DNA of 63,177 nucleotides, filler included, from Pirum gemmata (GCA_002812295.1; 20 parts of 20 records of this genome joined end to end with filler, not necessarily neighbours in it), one strand, 5' to 3'; positions 24,696 to 38,929 are shown, counted from the whole stretch's first letter. Notes: generated by a model from the sequence alone, not told the origin. Numbers and translations: made by a program.

Positions 24696-27415
24696 TTTTT
24701 TTTTTTTTTAATTTATTAAAAAATTATTCAAATTAAAGTGTTAAGAAAATGATTCTTTTTTTTTAATGATTTTGCAGATATACTCTACACATAAATGTAN
24801 NNNNNNNNNNNNNNNNNNNNNNNNNNNNNNNNNNNNNNNNNNNTTAATTAATTAANNNNNNNNNNNNNNNNNNNNNNNNNNNNNNNNNNNNNNNNNNNNA
24901 CAAAAACAAAAACAAAAACAAAAACAAAACCAAAACCAAAACCAAACCAAAACCAAAAACAAAAACAAAAACCATACAAAATCAAACACAAAAACAAACA
25001 AGAACAAACAAGAACAAACAAGAACAAGAACAAACCAACCCAAATCAAACCAACCAAAACCAAAACCAAAACCAGAACCAAACCCAAACCCAAACCCAAA
25101 ACCCAAAACCCAAACCCAAAACCCAAAACCAAAAACCAAAACCAAAACCAAAACCAAAAACAACCCAGCCCAGCCCAACCCAACCCAAAACCAAACCAAA
25201 CCAAACCCAAACCCAAACCAAACCAAGCAATAAGAACATAATACAATACCAAGCAAAGCCAAAGCCTGGAGCAGCAGTAAGACGTAAAGCAGAATCAAGT
25301 AAGCTATTCTCATTCCCGTAATTGAACGTCCAATTAAATGGCAACCAAGAGTAAATAGGATTATTATATCTTAATCTATTTCCATAATTCTTATGCACGT
25401 GATTATTATCAAAATCTTCATCATTATATGTCAAAGATTTCGCATAATTATTATGTTGTGTAATATTGAAAGTATTGTATTTATTGGGGTTCATAAAAAC
25501 CCCGTCATCTGGTACGTTGTTTATGTTTGGTGTTGTTAGCATGTTTGTGTAGCTGGGGTGTGGTGGTGGTTGTAGGTGTGCTTATGGTTATGATTGTGGT
25601 TGTTGTGGTTGTTGCGGGTGTTGTGGTGATAGTAGTTGTAGTTTCTGTTGTTCTTTTGCTATTGTTCTTGTACAATGTTTTAGTTGTATCAATGTTGTTG
25701 CTGTTTTGTGGTATTGTGGTAATGGTGATAATGGTGGTGTTGGTGATGGTTGATTGTATTATGATAAAAGCTTGTTTTTTATAATATAGACCCCCTTATA
25801 TAATCAGTAGATTCTGATAATCTTTTTCAGTTGTTTTGTCATCATAAAGTACACAATAAAGAGTACCAAATTAATGCAATATAGACCCATTTAATTTAAT
25901 TTTCTATATTTAATTCTTTATTTATTCATTTAAAAATATCCATTTAAAGCTTATAACCTACCAAATAAATATTCGGGGTGAAAAAATTAAAAAACAGCAC
26001 AAACCTCTGCTTTTTCTAAGTCAGGGTAGCCCAGGGTAGTCTCTAGCTGATAGCTAGCTAGCTAGTACTCTCAGAGCTACTAGCTAGGCTAGCTAGGGTT
26101 AGGGTTAGGGTTAGTAGGGTTAGGGTTAGGGTTAGGGTTAGGGTTAGGGTTAGGGTTAGGGTTAGGGTTAGGGTTAGGGTAGGGTTAGTTGTCTAAAAGG
26201 CCTATAGACTAGCTATGATATTATGATAGCAAAAGAAAAGAGTGTAGAGAGCAACCCACCCCGGTAGCTATAGCTAGCTAGCTAGACGGGTCTATCGTTC
26301 AAATAATACGACACGTCAAGGGGTAGGTAGGTAGGTGGTATTTGACCGGAAATTAACGTCGAGGGGTGGGTAGATAGGGGTATTTGAAGCCGTATTTGAC
26401 TGGAAATTGGTGTTTACGTATGATAGTATTTGAACGCTCCTCTAGTTTACTTTATTTTGTTACTTTTATCGTGCTTTTCATTTATTTTGTCACTCTTAAT
26501 ATTTATTTGGAGGGTTATAATATTCAAATTGACATTTTTAAATCAATACATAGATAATAAAATATACCAATATATATAAAATGGATTTATATTGTATTTA
26601 TTTGGTGCCATTTATTGTATCGGTAGACGTTCAGCTAGCTAGATCTACAAAAAAAAGTTCAAAAACATTCAAACACAGACTCAAATTTTAAAATCAAATA
26701 TAATGACGTAATTACAAATTTCTCTTCCATCCTAAACCTAACCCTAACCCTAACCCTAACCCTAACCCTAACCTTAACCTTAGTCCTAACCCTAACCCTA
26801 ACCCTAACCCTATTTAAACCTTAACCCTAATTGCGTAGTAAAGACTCAATATGACATAATCAAGATAAAGCTTCTCCTCTCTTCCAAAAATTTTGGAGGC
26901 TCGAATATTTCGTCTAATTACCGAGTCGGTAGGAGCACGTGAAAAAAAATGTATGACATAAAACTACGAAATCTATTATCATAGACTATATGAAAAAAAA
27001 AAAAAATGTGAAAAAAATCTTGAAAATCGAGTAAATAAATATTCAGACTATTTAGTATAATATATTACCATATTTTGTTTGTAAAAGAGTAATTAATATT
27101 GTGTTATAATAAATCAACTATTTTTTAAAAATTTTAATTATCATTTATTGTAATTTATTTTGTTATTTTGTTATTTTGTTATTTTGTTATTTTGTTGTTT
27201 TGTTGTTTTGTTATTTTGTTATTTTGTTATTTTGTTGTTTTGTTGTTTTGTTGTTTTGTTGTTTTGTTATTTTGTTATTTTGTTGTTTTGTTGTTTTGTT
27301 GTTTTGTTGTTTTGTTGCTTTGTTGCTTTGTTGTTTTGGTGTTTTGTTGTTTTGGTATTTTGGTGTTGACGGTAAATGGTCAATGTTCTATTAGTTTTAT
27401 TGTTATTATTTTAGT

Positions 27416-27515
27416 ATGTCGTCTTTTAAAAGGAAAAAAACTAATACTCTAGCTACTCGCAAAAGAACTAAAAAAAGATTGAAAAAGGAAGGTTTGGGTC
27501 CAGAGGGTTCTTCAG
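27416..27515 (+). CDS. Probable first exon of a nuclear protein (basic NLS-like N-terminus)
   Basis: MSSFKRKKTNTLATRKRTKKRLKKEGLGPEGSS followed by G|GTATGC. The contig ends shortly after. Confidence 0.4.
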
Positions 27516-27816
27516 GTATGCCACCCCATCACCAATAATAATAATAATAAATAATAATAATCATAATAATAATAGTAANNNNNNNNNNNNNNNNNNNNNN
27601 NNNNNNNNNNNNNNNNNNNNNNTTAATTAATTAANNNNNNNNNNNNNNNNNNNNNNNNNNNNNNNNNNNNNNNNNNNNATAATAATAATAATAATAATTG
27701 CAACAGTAATAGAAGCAGCAGAATTAATAATGGTAGCAAACAAAAAATGAATGAAATTAACGAGACAGACAAAAATATTAACAACATTCTTATTCACTAT
27801 TATATATATATATTAC

Positions 27817-29865
27817 CAAATCAAGAGATCGACTATGAACACAGGTCGGCGATCCAGATTGAATGTCCCAGGTTTTAACTATTTTATCTGCTCCGCAAGT
27901 GACAAGGCATCCAGGAATGTACTTGCTGATTGCAATACTACAACATGCACCATCGTGGGCATGAATAGAATATAAAGTTTTTCCTGACGTTTTTTTTTGA
28001 AAAAGAAAGACAAATAAGGACAATGTAATTAGCCCGAACAAACACAAATAAATAGAAAAGAATAGTTTTTGTTCGGTTTAATGCGTGTTAATAACTGGGG
28101 ATATATAAATAGGTGATAATAAAAATAATAACCAGGAAAACGGGCATCAAAGCAGAAAACCATTCCATCATCGCAGCTTGCTAAAAATTGTTCTGGCTGA
28201 TGTGGGTTCCATAATAGACATTCTATATCTGAGCTTACATTCCAACGAAGAACCTTAAAAAAGAATAAGTTAAAAAATATGACAAGGATTTTTTTTACGT
28301 CGCTTTTCACTTATGTTCATTGTTCGTTGATATAAAAAACTATAACGTGGAAAAATGAAATAGTCGATGAAAAATAACTAACTATAGTACAAATAATAAT
28401 AATAATAATAAAGAATGAATGTAGAAATAACTAATGTATAATAGAAGTGACAGATAATGGTACTTAGGGAAAGTAAACCTTTAATTTTAAAATGTACATG
28501 AAACTAAAAAAAGATTCTACATAAAAACAAACAGTAACCCCCCCCCCCACACACACCAAACCAAAAAACAAAAAAAACATAAGTAATGAGAACCTGGGCT
28601 GGATAACGTGAGTCAACTAAACAACATGTTTTGTCATAAGATCCAGTTAGCAGCATCGTTGGTTCTAAGGGATTCCATTTCAGTGCTTGAATCTATGTAT
28701 TAATTAAAGTTTAAGAATCACAACTACTAATAACTCCTAACAAAATAACCCATTCACAATATATATATATCATATATTTCATATTGTAAATCCCAAAGCA
28801 ACAACAACCATCACACACACACATACACACACACACACACATACATACACACACACACGGAACAACCGTTACTTGTTCAATCTTATATATGAAGGTGTAT
28901 TGTTTTTTAATTCTTGATTTTACTTGTGATGGCCAGTTATTACGTTAGTATATTGGATATTTCGGTGGTGTTAATATATTTGGTGGTGTTAATGTATTTT
29001 AAAATACGGAAATAACAAAGACACGTCAAAGAACAAAAAATACGCGTTAAAGAACAAACAAGCAGAGTAAAAATACCTTATCAGTGTGATGGGAAAATGA
29101 ATATATACATTCCCCCTTCGCTAAATCCCATATCTTTACAGTTTTATCAGCAGAGCAGCTAGCGAGTACATTCCTAAAAAAAACAAGAAACAAACAAAAG
29201 AGAATCAGCAATTTATCGATAGGCATACCAACATGAAAATTGTTTCAAAAATGTTTAATAGCATACACATACACATTTAAAACACTCGCAAATACAATAC
29301 ATACATACATTTAATACAACAACTATTTTTTTCTTTGTACAAAAATTGAAAAATCGGGCTAGTGAAGGAGGCTGATTGAAGAATAGAAATGAAAAAAGTA
29401 GAAAATATTAAGTAATAAATAATAAAAAACAACAATAAACAAATAATCTTCATAAATAATAAACGATGGTTATTGATTATGACTATGAACACCAAATGTA
29501 TATCATGATAATATCAATAAACGTAACAAAGTTTGTCGCGGGGTTATAACTTAATTACTTATTCACAGGATTCCAAGATAGCCCTAATACAGCATCGGTA
29601 TGGGAAGTTTTTGGATCAACTATTTTGGTCTTTTTCTTTTTCTTTGAATTTTTATTTTCTGGTTGTGGCAATTCACCTAAGGTCATAACGGGTTCAATAC
29701 CATCAACAATATCCAGATCCCAAATTTCAATTTGTGGTAACATTGTTCCAACAGCAACTAAGTTAGTAACACCATTTGGATCTTCGGGGTGATAATTAAT
29801 AGGTTCCAAACACAAAGGTACTCCAGCAACAAGAATATCATGATGAACAAACAGGTTGTTGCAAT
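27817..29865 (-). CDS. PWP1: Periodic tryptophan protein 1 (WD40), partial. Exons 29865-29559, 29173-29077, 28692-28594, 28253-28133, 27983-27817
   Basis: NLFVHHDIL...NLVAVGTMLPQIEIWDLD...KKKKK...HTDAVLGLSWN...NVLASCSADKTVKIWDL...HHTDK is the PWP1 signature. All splice phases are compatible. Confidence 0.92.
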
Positions 29866-29899
29866 CTATTGCAGATATTGTATGTGATATAAAAGAGTC

Positions 29900-30385
29900 G
29901 GGGTCAGGGTCAGGGTCAGGGTTAAGGGTTAAGGGTTAAGGGTTAAGGGTTAAGGGTTAAAGGTTAAGGGCTAAAGGTTAAGGGTCAAGGGTTAACGGTT
30001 AAGGGTTAAGGGTTAAGGTTTAAGGTTTAAGGTTTAAGGGTTAAGGGTTAAGGGTTAAGGGTTAAGGGTTAAGGGTCAAGGGTCAAGGGTCAAGGGTCAA
30101 GGGTCAAGGGTCAAGGGTCAAGGGTCAAGGGTCAAGGNNNNNNNNNNNNNNNNNNNNNNNNNNNNNNNNNNNNNNNNNNNNNNNNNNNNNNNNNNNNNNN
30201 NNNNNNNNNNNNNNNNNNNNNNNNNNNNNNNNNNNNNNNNNNNNNNNNNNGGTTAAGGGTTAAGGGTTAAGGGTTAAGGGTTAAGGGTTAAGGGTTAAGG
30301 GTTAAGGGTTAAGGGTTAAGGGTTAAGGGTTAAGGATTAAGGGTTAAGGGTTAAGGATTAAGGTTTAAGAGTTAAGGGTTAGAGT
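29900..30385. repeat. Heptamer satellite (TTAAGGG/TCAAGGG)n in a PWP1 intron
   Basis: Seen directly, spanning an internal gap, immediately upstream of an internal PWP1 exon. Confidence 0.9.
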
Positions 30386-31154
30386 TAATGTTATAACGGA
30401 AGTTATACGTTAGTTTAGTTTGCGGGGGCAAGGGACAAACAAGTAAAGGTACAAGTTAAGTATAAACACAAGCCAGTTTAATACCAAAGTTGAAATTACT
30501 GGTAAAGAAAACGGAAAAGAAAACCGTAATAAAGAGCATAAAAATAGAGTATAAAGTACGATGAATGAAAAACATAGGGTATNNNNNNNNNNNNNNNNNN
30601 NNNNNNNNNNNNNNNNNNNNNNNNNNTTAATTAATTAANNNNNNNNNNNNNNNNNNNNNNNNNNNNNNNNNNNNNNNNNNNNAGAATTAGCTAGTAAGAA
30701 CCCCACAGAGAACTTCTTTTATTAAATTTTTTTATATATTATATCATAATATAAAAAAACATTTGGAGTCCCGACTCCCAAATTCCCAACTGAAAAAAAA
30801 AAAACAAAAGAAAAAAAAAAATGAAAAAAAAATAAAACAAAAAAAAAAACAAAAGAAAAAAAAAACTGATAAAAAAATATATCAAAAAAGAAAAATAAGA
30901 GCCAAGACTAATAAGCGACAAAACCATAAAAACAAAACAAAACAAAAACAAAAACCATAGACCTATTTAAACAAAAACAAAAACAAACCTAAAAAACAAA
31001 AAACGAAAAAAAAAAATAAATAAATAAAAAAGATAAAAAAAAAGTATAGTTCAAATAATAATAATAATAATAATAATAATAAACTAACCGATAAATTCAT
31101 TTTTAAATATATATTTACATTACCTCAATCAATTAATTAAATTATAAATTAAAT

Positions 31155-31424
31155 ATGGGGCATCATCATTCTCACCACCACGGGCACCATCACCACGGAC
31201 ACCACCACCACGGGCACCACCACCAGCATGAACCGGAAGTCATAGTAGTTAGCAGGCCACCTCCTTATTCTTATGCTCCAGTCTATGCTCCACGGGAAGA
31301 AGTGGTTGTTGTAGAAACAAGTCATCATCATCATCACGGCCACCACGGCTATCACCACGGGCATCACGGGCATCACGGGCATCACGGGCATCACGGACAT
31401 CATCATGGTCATCACCATTATTAG
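31155..31424 (+). CDS. 89-aa His/Gly-rich microprotein
   Basis: GC-rich island in AT-rich DNA running exactly from ATG to TAG, with mixed CAC/CAT codons and a complex central linker EPEVIVVSRPPPYSYAPVYAPREEVVVVET. Confidence 0.75.
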   Translation: MGHHHSHHHGHHHHGHHHHGHHHQHEPEVIVVSRPPPYSYAPVYAPREEVVVVETSHHHHHGHHGYHHGHHGHHGHHGHHGHHHGHHHY

Positions 31425-32183
31425 AAAATCATAGTTTGCAATTGATATTGCCATTATTTTAATTAGAAGATCATAATGAATTATTAATATTATTATTATA
31501 TGTATATAAGTTTCAATTATATACATTATGGGAAAGGAAGAAGAAAAACATGTTTTGCGTTTTTGCGTATTAGAAGCAAATTATTAAAGTACACTATATA
31601 TTATATTATATAGTATTACATGGTGTTTTGGCATGTATTCTACCAGTATGTTGGTGTACAATTTGGTGTACAACACCACTTGACTATATATTAATTATAC
31701 TGAATTTTTATTTTGATATTAAAATATTAGAATATAGTCATAGTCTACTACATATATCTAGCTACATATATATGTATTCAGCTTTAACTGTTTTTCATGT
31801 GCACATAATGTTCAGCTTTGGTTCTTAATAATAAGCTATTATTGGGTTCCTGTCCTCATTGTTAGATTTTAACATTAGAATGCTTAGTGGGGGTTATTCC
31901 AACGTGTAGTTACTGCGCACTCAATACATCATTTCAATGTGCGGTTAGTATTTCGAAAATCAATTTTTTGAAAAAAGAAAACCAAATTAAGTAGTATATG
32001 ACCCTCATATCATACTAATAACTATTACTATAAATAAAATAAAATAAATAAATACAGTTTATGTTATTTACATTTTATTATTAACAATAACTATTATTAT
32101 TAATACGATATGATAGTAGGTAGTAGTGTTAATAGTAGAATTATTATACTAAATTATTATATGAATTATTATTATTATTATTG

Positions 32184-32215
<32 letters not shown>

Positions 32216-35200
32216 CGATTATTATAATATATATTATTATTATATTATTATTGTTATTATCGATTATTATTGTTATTNAAAACAAAATTAGAGCACTTTG
32301 AGATTTTTTGGATTTTTGAGCTCATATGGCAGGTGTCACGATTTTAATTTTTATTTTATCCGGCTTGGTAGACTCTTGGTAGACCTAGTTAAAAAAAAAA
32401 AAATAAAAAAAAAGTGTAGCTGTAGTTGTAGATTCATATATAAGTTAAATAATTTCTCAATATTTGGTAGTACTTTAAAAACAAAATTAGAGCACTTTGA
32501 GATTTTTTGGATTTTTGAGCTCATATGGCAGGTGTCACGATTTTAATTTTTATTTTATCCGGCTTGGTAGACTCTTGGTAGACCTAGTTAAAAAAAAAAA
32601 AATAAAAAAAAAGTGTAGCTGTAGTTGTAGACTTGTAGTTGTACCAAAATTATGGCTAAACTATCAGACATGCTTTATAGTGCTTTTCATTTACTTTGTC
32701 ACTCTGAATATTTATTTGGNATATTTAAATTGATATTTTTAAATGAATAAATAGATAATAAAATATACCAAATTAAATGAAATAGATTTATATTGTATTA
32801 ATTTGGTACTCTTTTTTATATATTTTAAATTTATGCTGACAAAACAACTGAAAAGCAAAGATAATATTTTATTTTATAAAGATATACACTCAATAAACAG
32901 TACCCAATTAAAGATTGAGAGGACAACTATGAAATAGACGATATAACAAATAAATTTTAAAAAATATGTTTGATAGTTTTACTATTTTTAATTAGCAATT
33001 GTTAATAATCTCATTCATAACATATATACTTATAAGCACGCTTGCAATCTCATTCATAATATATATACTTATAAGCACGCTTGCAATAAATATACTAAAT
33101 ATTATTTTATTACATAAATAAATAAATAATAATAATTGTCATTTACTATAATAATTACCAAAACTAAAATGTATAATTTATCATGTTATTATAATAATAT
33201 AATGTATGCATAATATTTTATAATGAATTAATAACAATAACCAGTCTTTATAGTGTAACAACATTTTCTAATGATTTCTTTCAAGTATTTTTGAGAGTTT
33301 CTTGACCTCTAGCTAGACTAATTTTCTAATTTTCACAGAATTTTCAGATTATTTTTCACAGTCTATTTTCTCTAGTAGCTAGCTAGCTTAGTAGGAGCTA
33401 TTTTATTATGATATACAGTTTTTATCATAACATTATTATATTAATACTAGCTAGAGTCTATTTTTAATTTTCATCGATTCATATTTCAAACTTTGAAGAA
33501 CTAGTAATAATCGAACTTCGAGATAGATTTATATTTCGAATCTTTTTAAAAAAGTAATAATCACCCTAACCCTAACCCTAGCCATAACTCCTAGGTCGCA
33601 ACTCTAACTAACCCTAACCCTCTCCAACACTACCATAACACTACTAACACTAACACTAACACACGAAAACTACACGAATACTAATTACATTCTAGCCCTA
33701 ACCTTAAAACCCCAACCCTAACCCCAACCCTAACCCTAACACTTAACCCTAACACTTAAACGTTACACTTAACCCTAACTCTTAACACTAACTCAACACT
33801 GGTATCTATATGTACACCAACAATAACCCTAAAAACTTAATCCTAACCCTGACCATAACCCTAACACTGTCACTATCACTAATACTAATCCTAACACTAA
33901 CACTAACTTACATTAAAACACCAATACTAACACTAACACTAATACTAACACGAGCACGAACACTGTTAATACACTTTAATCGTATTATATCGATAATAAT
34001 GTTATTGTTGTAATTTGTGTACCTCCTTCTAGAACCTCCTTTTTTTTTTTTTTTTTGATTAATAAATTTAAATAAATTAATTTTGATAAACTGAACTTTG
34101 TGTTTGAAACTTTGAATGAAGTTCCTTTTACTTTTCACAAATTTTTAAATTTTCACAAATTTTCAGCGAATTACATTACAGTACGTAATTTTATTATTAT
34201 TATTACTATCGATGAATGAATCACTGAATCAGAGAATGGCATGATTATAACGATGAAACTGAGAAGTGAGAACTGGGTATCTCTAGCTAGAACTGGGTAT
34301 ACGCGAATGGGTATACGAGGGGGTGTACACTAATAATAGTACACGTACTAATACTAATACTAATACTAATAATAATACTAATGCTAATGCTTAAACTAAT
34401 ACTAATACTAATACTAATACTAATACTAATACTAATACTATACATTATACTAATAGTAATAGTAATATTAATATTAATACTAATACTAATACTAATACTA
34501 ATACTAGACTAATACTAACACTACTATCGATAAGACTAGGAGAAAATGAGAATAAAATGAGCTAGAAAATGGCACAATTTTTTCTAATAAAAGTCTGTCG
34601 AGACAGTTTTTTAAAATGACTTATAACTCATTACTTAAAAAATTAAAAAAAAATACTATTAGAAAAATACTATGACTTTTTTGGTATGTCCAAGGACTGT
34701 CAGTGTCATACGGACTCATACCAGTAGACTGGCAGTGTAGTCCAACGACTCCAACACCAAACATTTTTATGATAAAATAAAAAAGCCCCTTTTGGTAATT
34801 TTGTCACTAGGAGTCTAGGACTCTCCGGCTCAGAGTTTTTTTTTTTTTTAAAATTTTTTTTATGTAATTCGCAGGAATCGCATTATGCCATAGTCTTCGT
34901 AGCAGTACGTACGATAAAAAAAAAACTTCTTTCCTAAAAACTTTAATGATAACTAGCCAAATTGGTTTTCAAAACTAGCTATTGGTTCATAACTGATTCT
35001 CAAACTTTGGTAGTACTTTAATTAAAATTGGATCATTTTGAGATTTTTGGATTTTTGGCGTCGAGAAATAATAATAATAATAATAATAATAATCCTGTAG
35101 TCTAATATTATAAAAAAAATAAAATTTTAAAAAAAATTCTATCTCAAATTAGTTTTCCATCTCAAATTAGTTCTCAAATTAGTTTGATTTGATTTTTAAA

Positions 35201-36340
35201 AAATTATAAAAACCATATATATTAGGCAGGAAATAATATAATTAGGTAGGAAATAATATAATTAGGTAGGAAATAATATAATTAGGTAGGAANNNNNNNN
35301 NNNNNNNNNNNNNNNNNNNNNNNNNNNNNNNNNNNNTTAATTAATTAANNNNNNNNNNNNNNNNNNNNNNNNNNNNNNNNNNNNNNNNNNNNTTATTATT
35401 ATTATTATTATTATAGCAGCTATCGATAGCTAAAGAGTTTAGCAGCAGCTAGACTAGCTAGAAGAACAACCTACTTACAACTAAACCAAACATCAATAAC
35501 GATAATGCTACCTGGTATAATACCAACCATTATCCCACCACCCAAATCTAACCCTAACCATAGCCCTAACGTAGTCCTAGCCCTATCCTTAATTAACCTT
35601 AACCTTAGCTCCAATATTAGCCTTGAAATTAATAACCCTAATAATAACCCAAAAATAAACAATTCCATTTCTAAACCTAACAACAAATAAAACAAAAAAA
35701 ATTATATGCATACCTATTCTTTGTTTATTTATTAAATTTTATACTTTTGATATTATGAGGTATTTATTATCACACTAAATTTTGTTTGTGACTATATAAT
35801 ATTATCATAATTCATTTTAATATTAATAATAGATAATTAATTATTATTATTATTATTATTATTTAAACAGCCATGTCGTATAAAAATTGCGACATATTAT
35901 GAGCTCAAAATCCGAAAAATCTCAAAATAATCCAAATTAAATTAAAGTACTACCAAATTTTGAGAAATTTTCTAACTAAGAAAACTCTATTATTAAACAA
36001 TTGCCAATTTTTAATTAAAAGTTATTTGGTTTCAAAAAAAGAAGTCTAAAAAAATTGATTTCTACAGTTTTATCAAGCCTGTTTTATCTGGCTAGAATTG
36101 TTACTTTTATTTTAAAATGTTATAATTATTGTTATTGTTGTTATTATTATTGTTGTTATTATTAGTATTATTATTGTTGTTATTATTATTATTTATGTTA
36201 TTATTATTATTATTATGATTACAGACTATCATATCATATATATAAAAAAAAAGCTGTTTATTTTTTTAATAATTAAAATAATTATTATTCTTATAAATCC
36301 AATATAAAAATATCATATTATTCTTTAGATATCATATGTA

Positions 36341-36548
36341 CAGGAGGGATGAGATGACGTCATCTTACTAATTGGACGCTCGGACCGGCGAACTTCCAGA
36401 AATTTGCCTAAAGTTACTATAAATAGTATAATAAACTCTTTTATAGGATAATTATAAATACTAAATATGGTAAGGCGAAACAGGCGAACAACATTTACTT
36501 TGTGCCTCGGTCAAAAAAGTTCGCCATAAGAGTTCTCACCCCTCCTAG
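36341..36548. mobile_element. MITE family D (TIR related to family C)
   Basis: CAGGAGGGATGAGA...TCTCACCCCTCCT. Partial reverse copy at about 17880-17980. Shares the TGACGTCATCTCA subterminal motif with family C. Confidence 0.65.
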
Positions 36549-36575
36549 ACTATATGTACTTATAATTATTTAGTA

Positions 36576-36760
36576 TCGTGCTTTTCAGTTATTTTGTCGT
36601 CATAAAATATACAATAAATAGTACCAAATTGATACAATTTAAATCCATTTAAGTTAATTTGGTATATTTTATTATCTATCTATTGATTTAAAAATGTCAA
36701 TTTAAAGATTATAACCCTCCAAATAAATATTCGGAGTGACAAAATAAATGAAAGACACGA
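36576..36760 (-). mobile_element. MITE family A, full copy with TA flanks
   Basis: TA|TCGTGCTTTTCAGTTATTTTGTC...GACAAAATAAATGAAAGACACGA|TA. Confidence 0.85.
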
Positions 36761-38053
36761 TAAAAATTTTTAATTAATAATGATAAAAAATATCTTGGCG
36801 AAAATTTCAAAAACTTTTAGTCTATAAAATTTTATAATAAATTATAAATATTTTAATATTGAACAGGGTTATAGACTCTAAATACAATAACTGAAAAACA
36901 CACAAACTATCGTAGTTATATAGAGAGGGTTAGGTTTAAGAGTTAGGGTTAGGGTTAGGGTTAGGGTTAGGGTTAGGGTTAGGATTAGGGTTAGGGTTAG
37001 GGTTAAGGGTTAGGATTAGGGTTAGNNNNNNNNNNNNNNNNNNNNNNNNNNNNNNNNNNNNNNNNNNNNNNNNNNNNNNNNNNNNNNNNNNNNNNNNNNN
37101 NNNNNNNNNNNNNNNNNNNNNNNNNNNNNNNNNNNNNNNNACTTAGACCCTGGCTAATATTATACTTATTAGACCCCCGCAGACTTCCGTCTATCATAAA
37201 GAAATATGCCAACAAACAAAACAAGGAAACAAATCCACAACCAACAACCAACAACCAACAACCAACAACCAACAACCAACAACCAACAACCAACAACCAA
37301 CAACCAACAACCAACCAATTAACAAGACAAAAGAGATAAACAAAAAACACCCAACCATCAATATTATTAATATAGTATAAACAACAATGCTTTACAGAAA
37401 GTTATCATTCAATAGAATCGATAGAGGGCAATTTTATTTTAAGCAAAAATTATAAAATAAAATATAAAATATAAGCATTATTTTCACTTACTTTTTCTAG
37501 GTTATTATTTTACATTCTTTCTTAAACTATAGCTAAGATTAGTTGTAAACATAATAATACATAACTGCAGATTACCTAATATCATAAATTATATTAGGGT
37601 CTATGACCGTCTATCATAGAAATATCAAAAAGCTGAAATAAATAACAAGGAGCTCAAAGGAATTTTTTCTCAGGGATTTTTTTATTATTAGTATTTTTTT
37701 AACTATTTTTTTTCTTCCTTTGGCTAATAATAATATAAAAATAAAAATAAATAAGAAAAATACTAGAAAAATTCATTTTTTGTGATAATTTGACTATAAT
37801 TTGATATATTTGATATACTTTTGATATCATAGTACATTGATATATTTACACGTCATAATGACGTAGGCAGTACGTAGACTTTGTTGAGATTATTATTGTT
37901 GTAAAAAAAAATCGTATAAAAAGAATTTTTTTACAAACAAAAAAACAAAAACAAAACAAAACAAAAACAAACCAAAAAACAAACAAAGCAAAACAAAACA
38001 AAACAAAACAAAGCCAAAAACCAAAAACCAAAACAAACAAAACAACCAAAAAA

Positions 38054-38304
38054 ATGAAGACTGTATTCGCTTTCGCTGCTATTGTTGCCACTTCTGCTAT
38101 GGCACAAGAATATGAAATTAAATGGCGCAATTCTGACGGTTCTATGTCTTGTTTGTCTGTAGACAATAATGAATTCAAAAACGGTGTAGCCATGCAAACT
38201 TGGAGCTGCCAGCAATCCGAAGGTCAACTTTTCACTTTTGGCTTTAACTCACAAGAAGGTGCTTACGACGGTAGCATTCGCGTTGCTGCTTACCCACAAT
38301 ATTG
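38054..38304 (+). CDS. Secreted ricin-B (beta-trefoil) lectin-like protein, 5' part
   Basis: Signal peptide MKTVFAFAAIVATSAMA, then CLSV...NG...QTWSC....GQLF and G-SIR...QY(C), the ricin-B repeat pattern. Cut by the contig end. Confidence 0.8.
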
Positions 38305-38929
38305 NNNNNNNNNNNNNNNNNNNNNNNNNNNNNNNNNNNNNNNNNNNNTTAATTAATTAANNNNNNNNNNNNNNNNNNNNNNNNNNNNNNNNNNNNNNNN
38401 NNNNATAATATTAATATAATATAATACAATGCAATACAACACAATACAATAATTTGATATAATATAATATAATAATATATGATAATATAAACAAACGTCA
38501 CCATAATAAAAAATATTTTTTATTTTTGTTAGCTGATACATGAGAGCGGTCCCCTTTCACCCCCTTTTCTTTTGACTTGTTAGACTAATTTATTTAAGAG
38601 GTCCCCAAAGAGGGTAATTTTTATGACGTTATCAAATGAATATCTCTATTTTAAATATCCTTATCGTTTGACACTATTTTATTTATGGTGACGTCATACG
38701 TATTACTAGACCTCTTGCCAAAAACCAAAAAACCAAAAAAGCAATGTTATGTAATATAATCCTTGTAATTATTTTGTCAAGAGTTATAATTCTTTGATTT
38801 TGCTTACTTTTTATTTACATTTATATTCGATTTTTGAGTAAATTGTTGAAACCAGACTAAGAAATAGAATAAGAGGGCCAGTGACGTAATAATAATAATA
38901 ATAATAATAATAGAAAATGGCTAATTAAT

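Noticed and set aside
25250..25770. TAA/TAG read as Gln (in-frame TAA within a Gln/Pro-rich stretch upstream of ORF 25045-25542)
   Set aside because: Long genes here have no in-frame TAA/TAG and several end in TAA or TAG at the expected position. A decayed or non-coding repeat explains it better.
24848..27452. Hydrophobic ORFs (FWFWF, LFCCFVV) resembling membrane proteins
   Set aside because: These are translations of CAAAAC and TTTTGTTG simple repeats. The same applies to the ORFs at 37003, 41110 and 57197-57779.
32279..32630. 199-bp-period exact tandem duplication
   Set aside because: It starts at a single N scaffold join and is identical, so it is probably an overlap artefact. The duplication around the gap at 12352-12383 looks the same.
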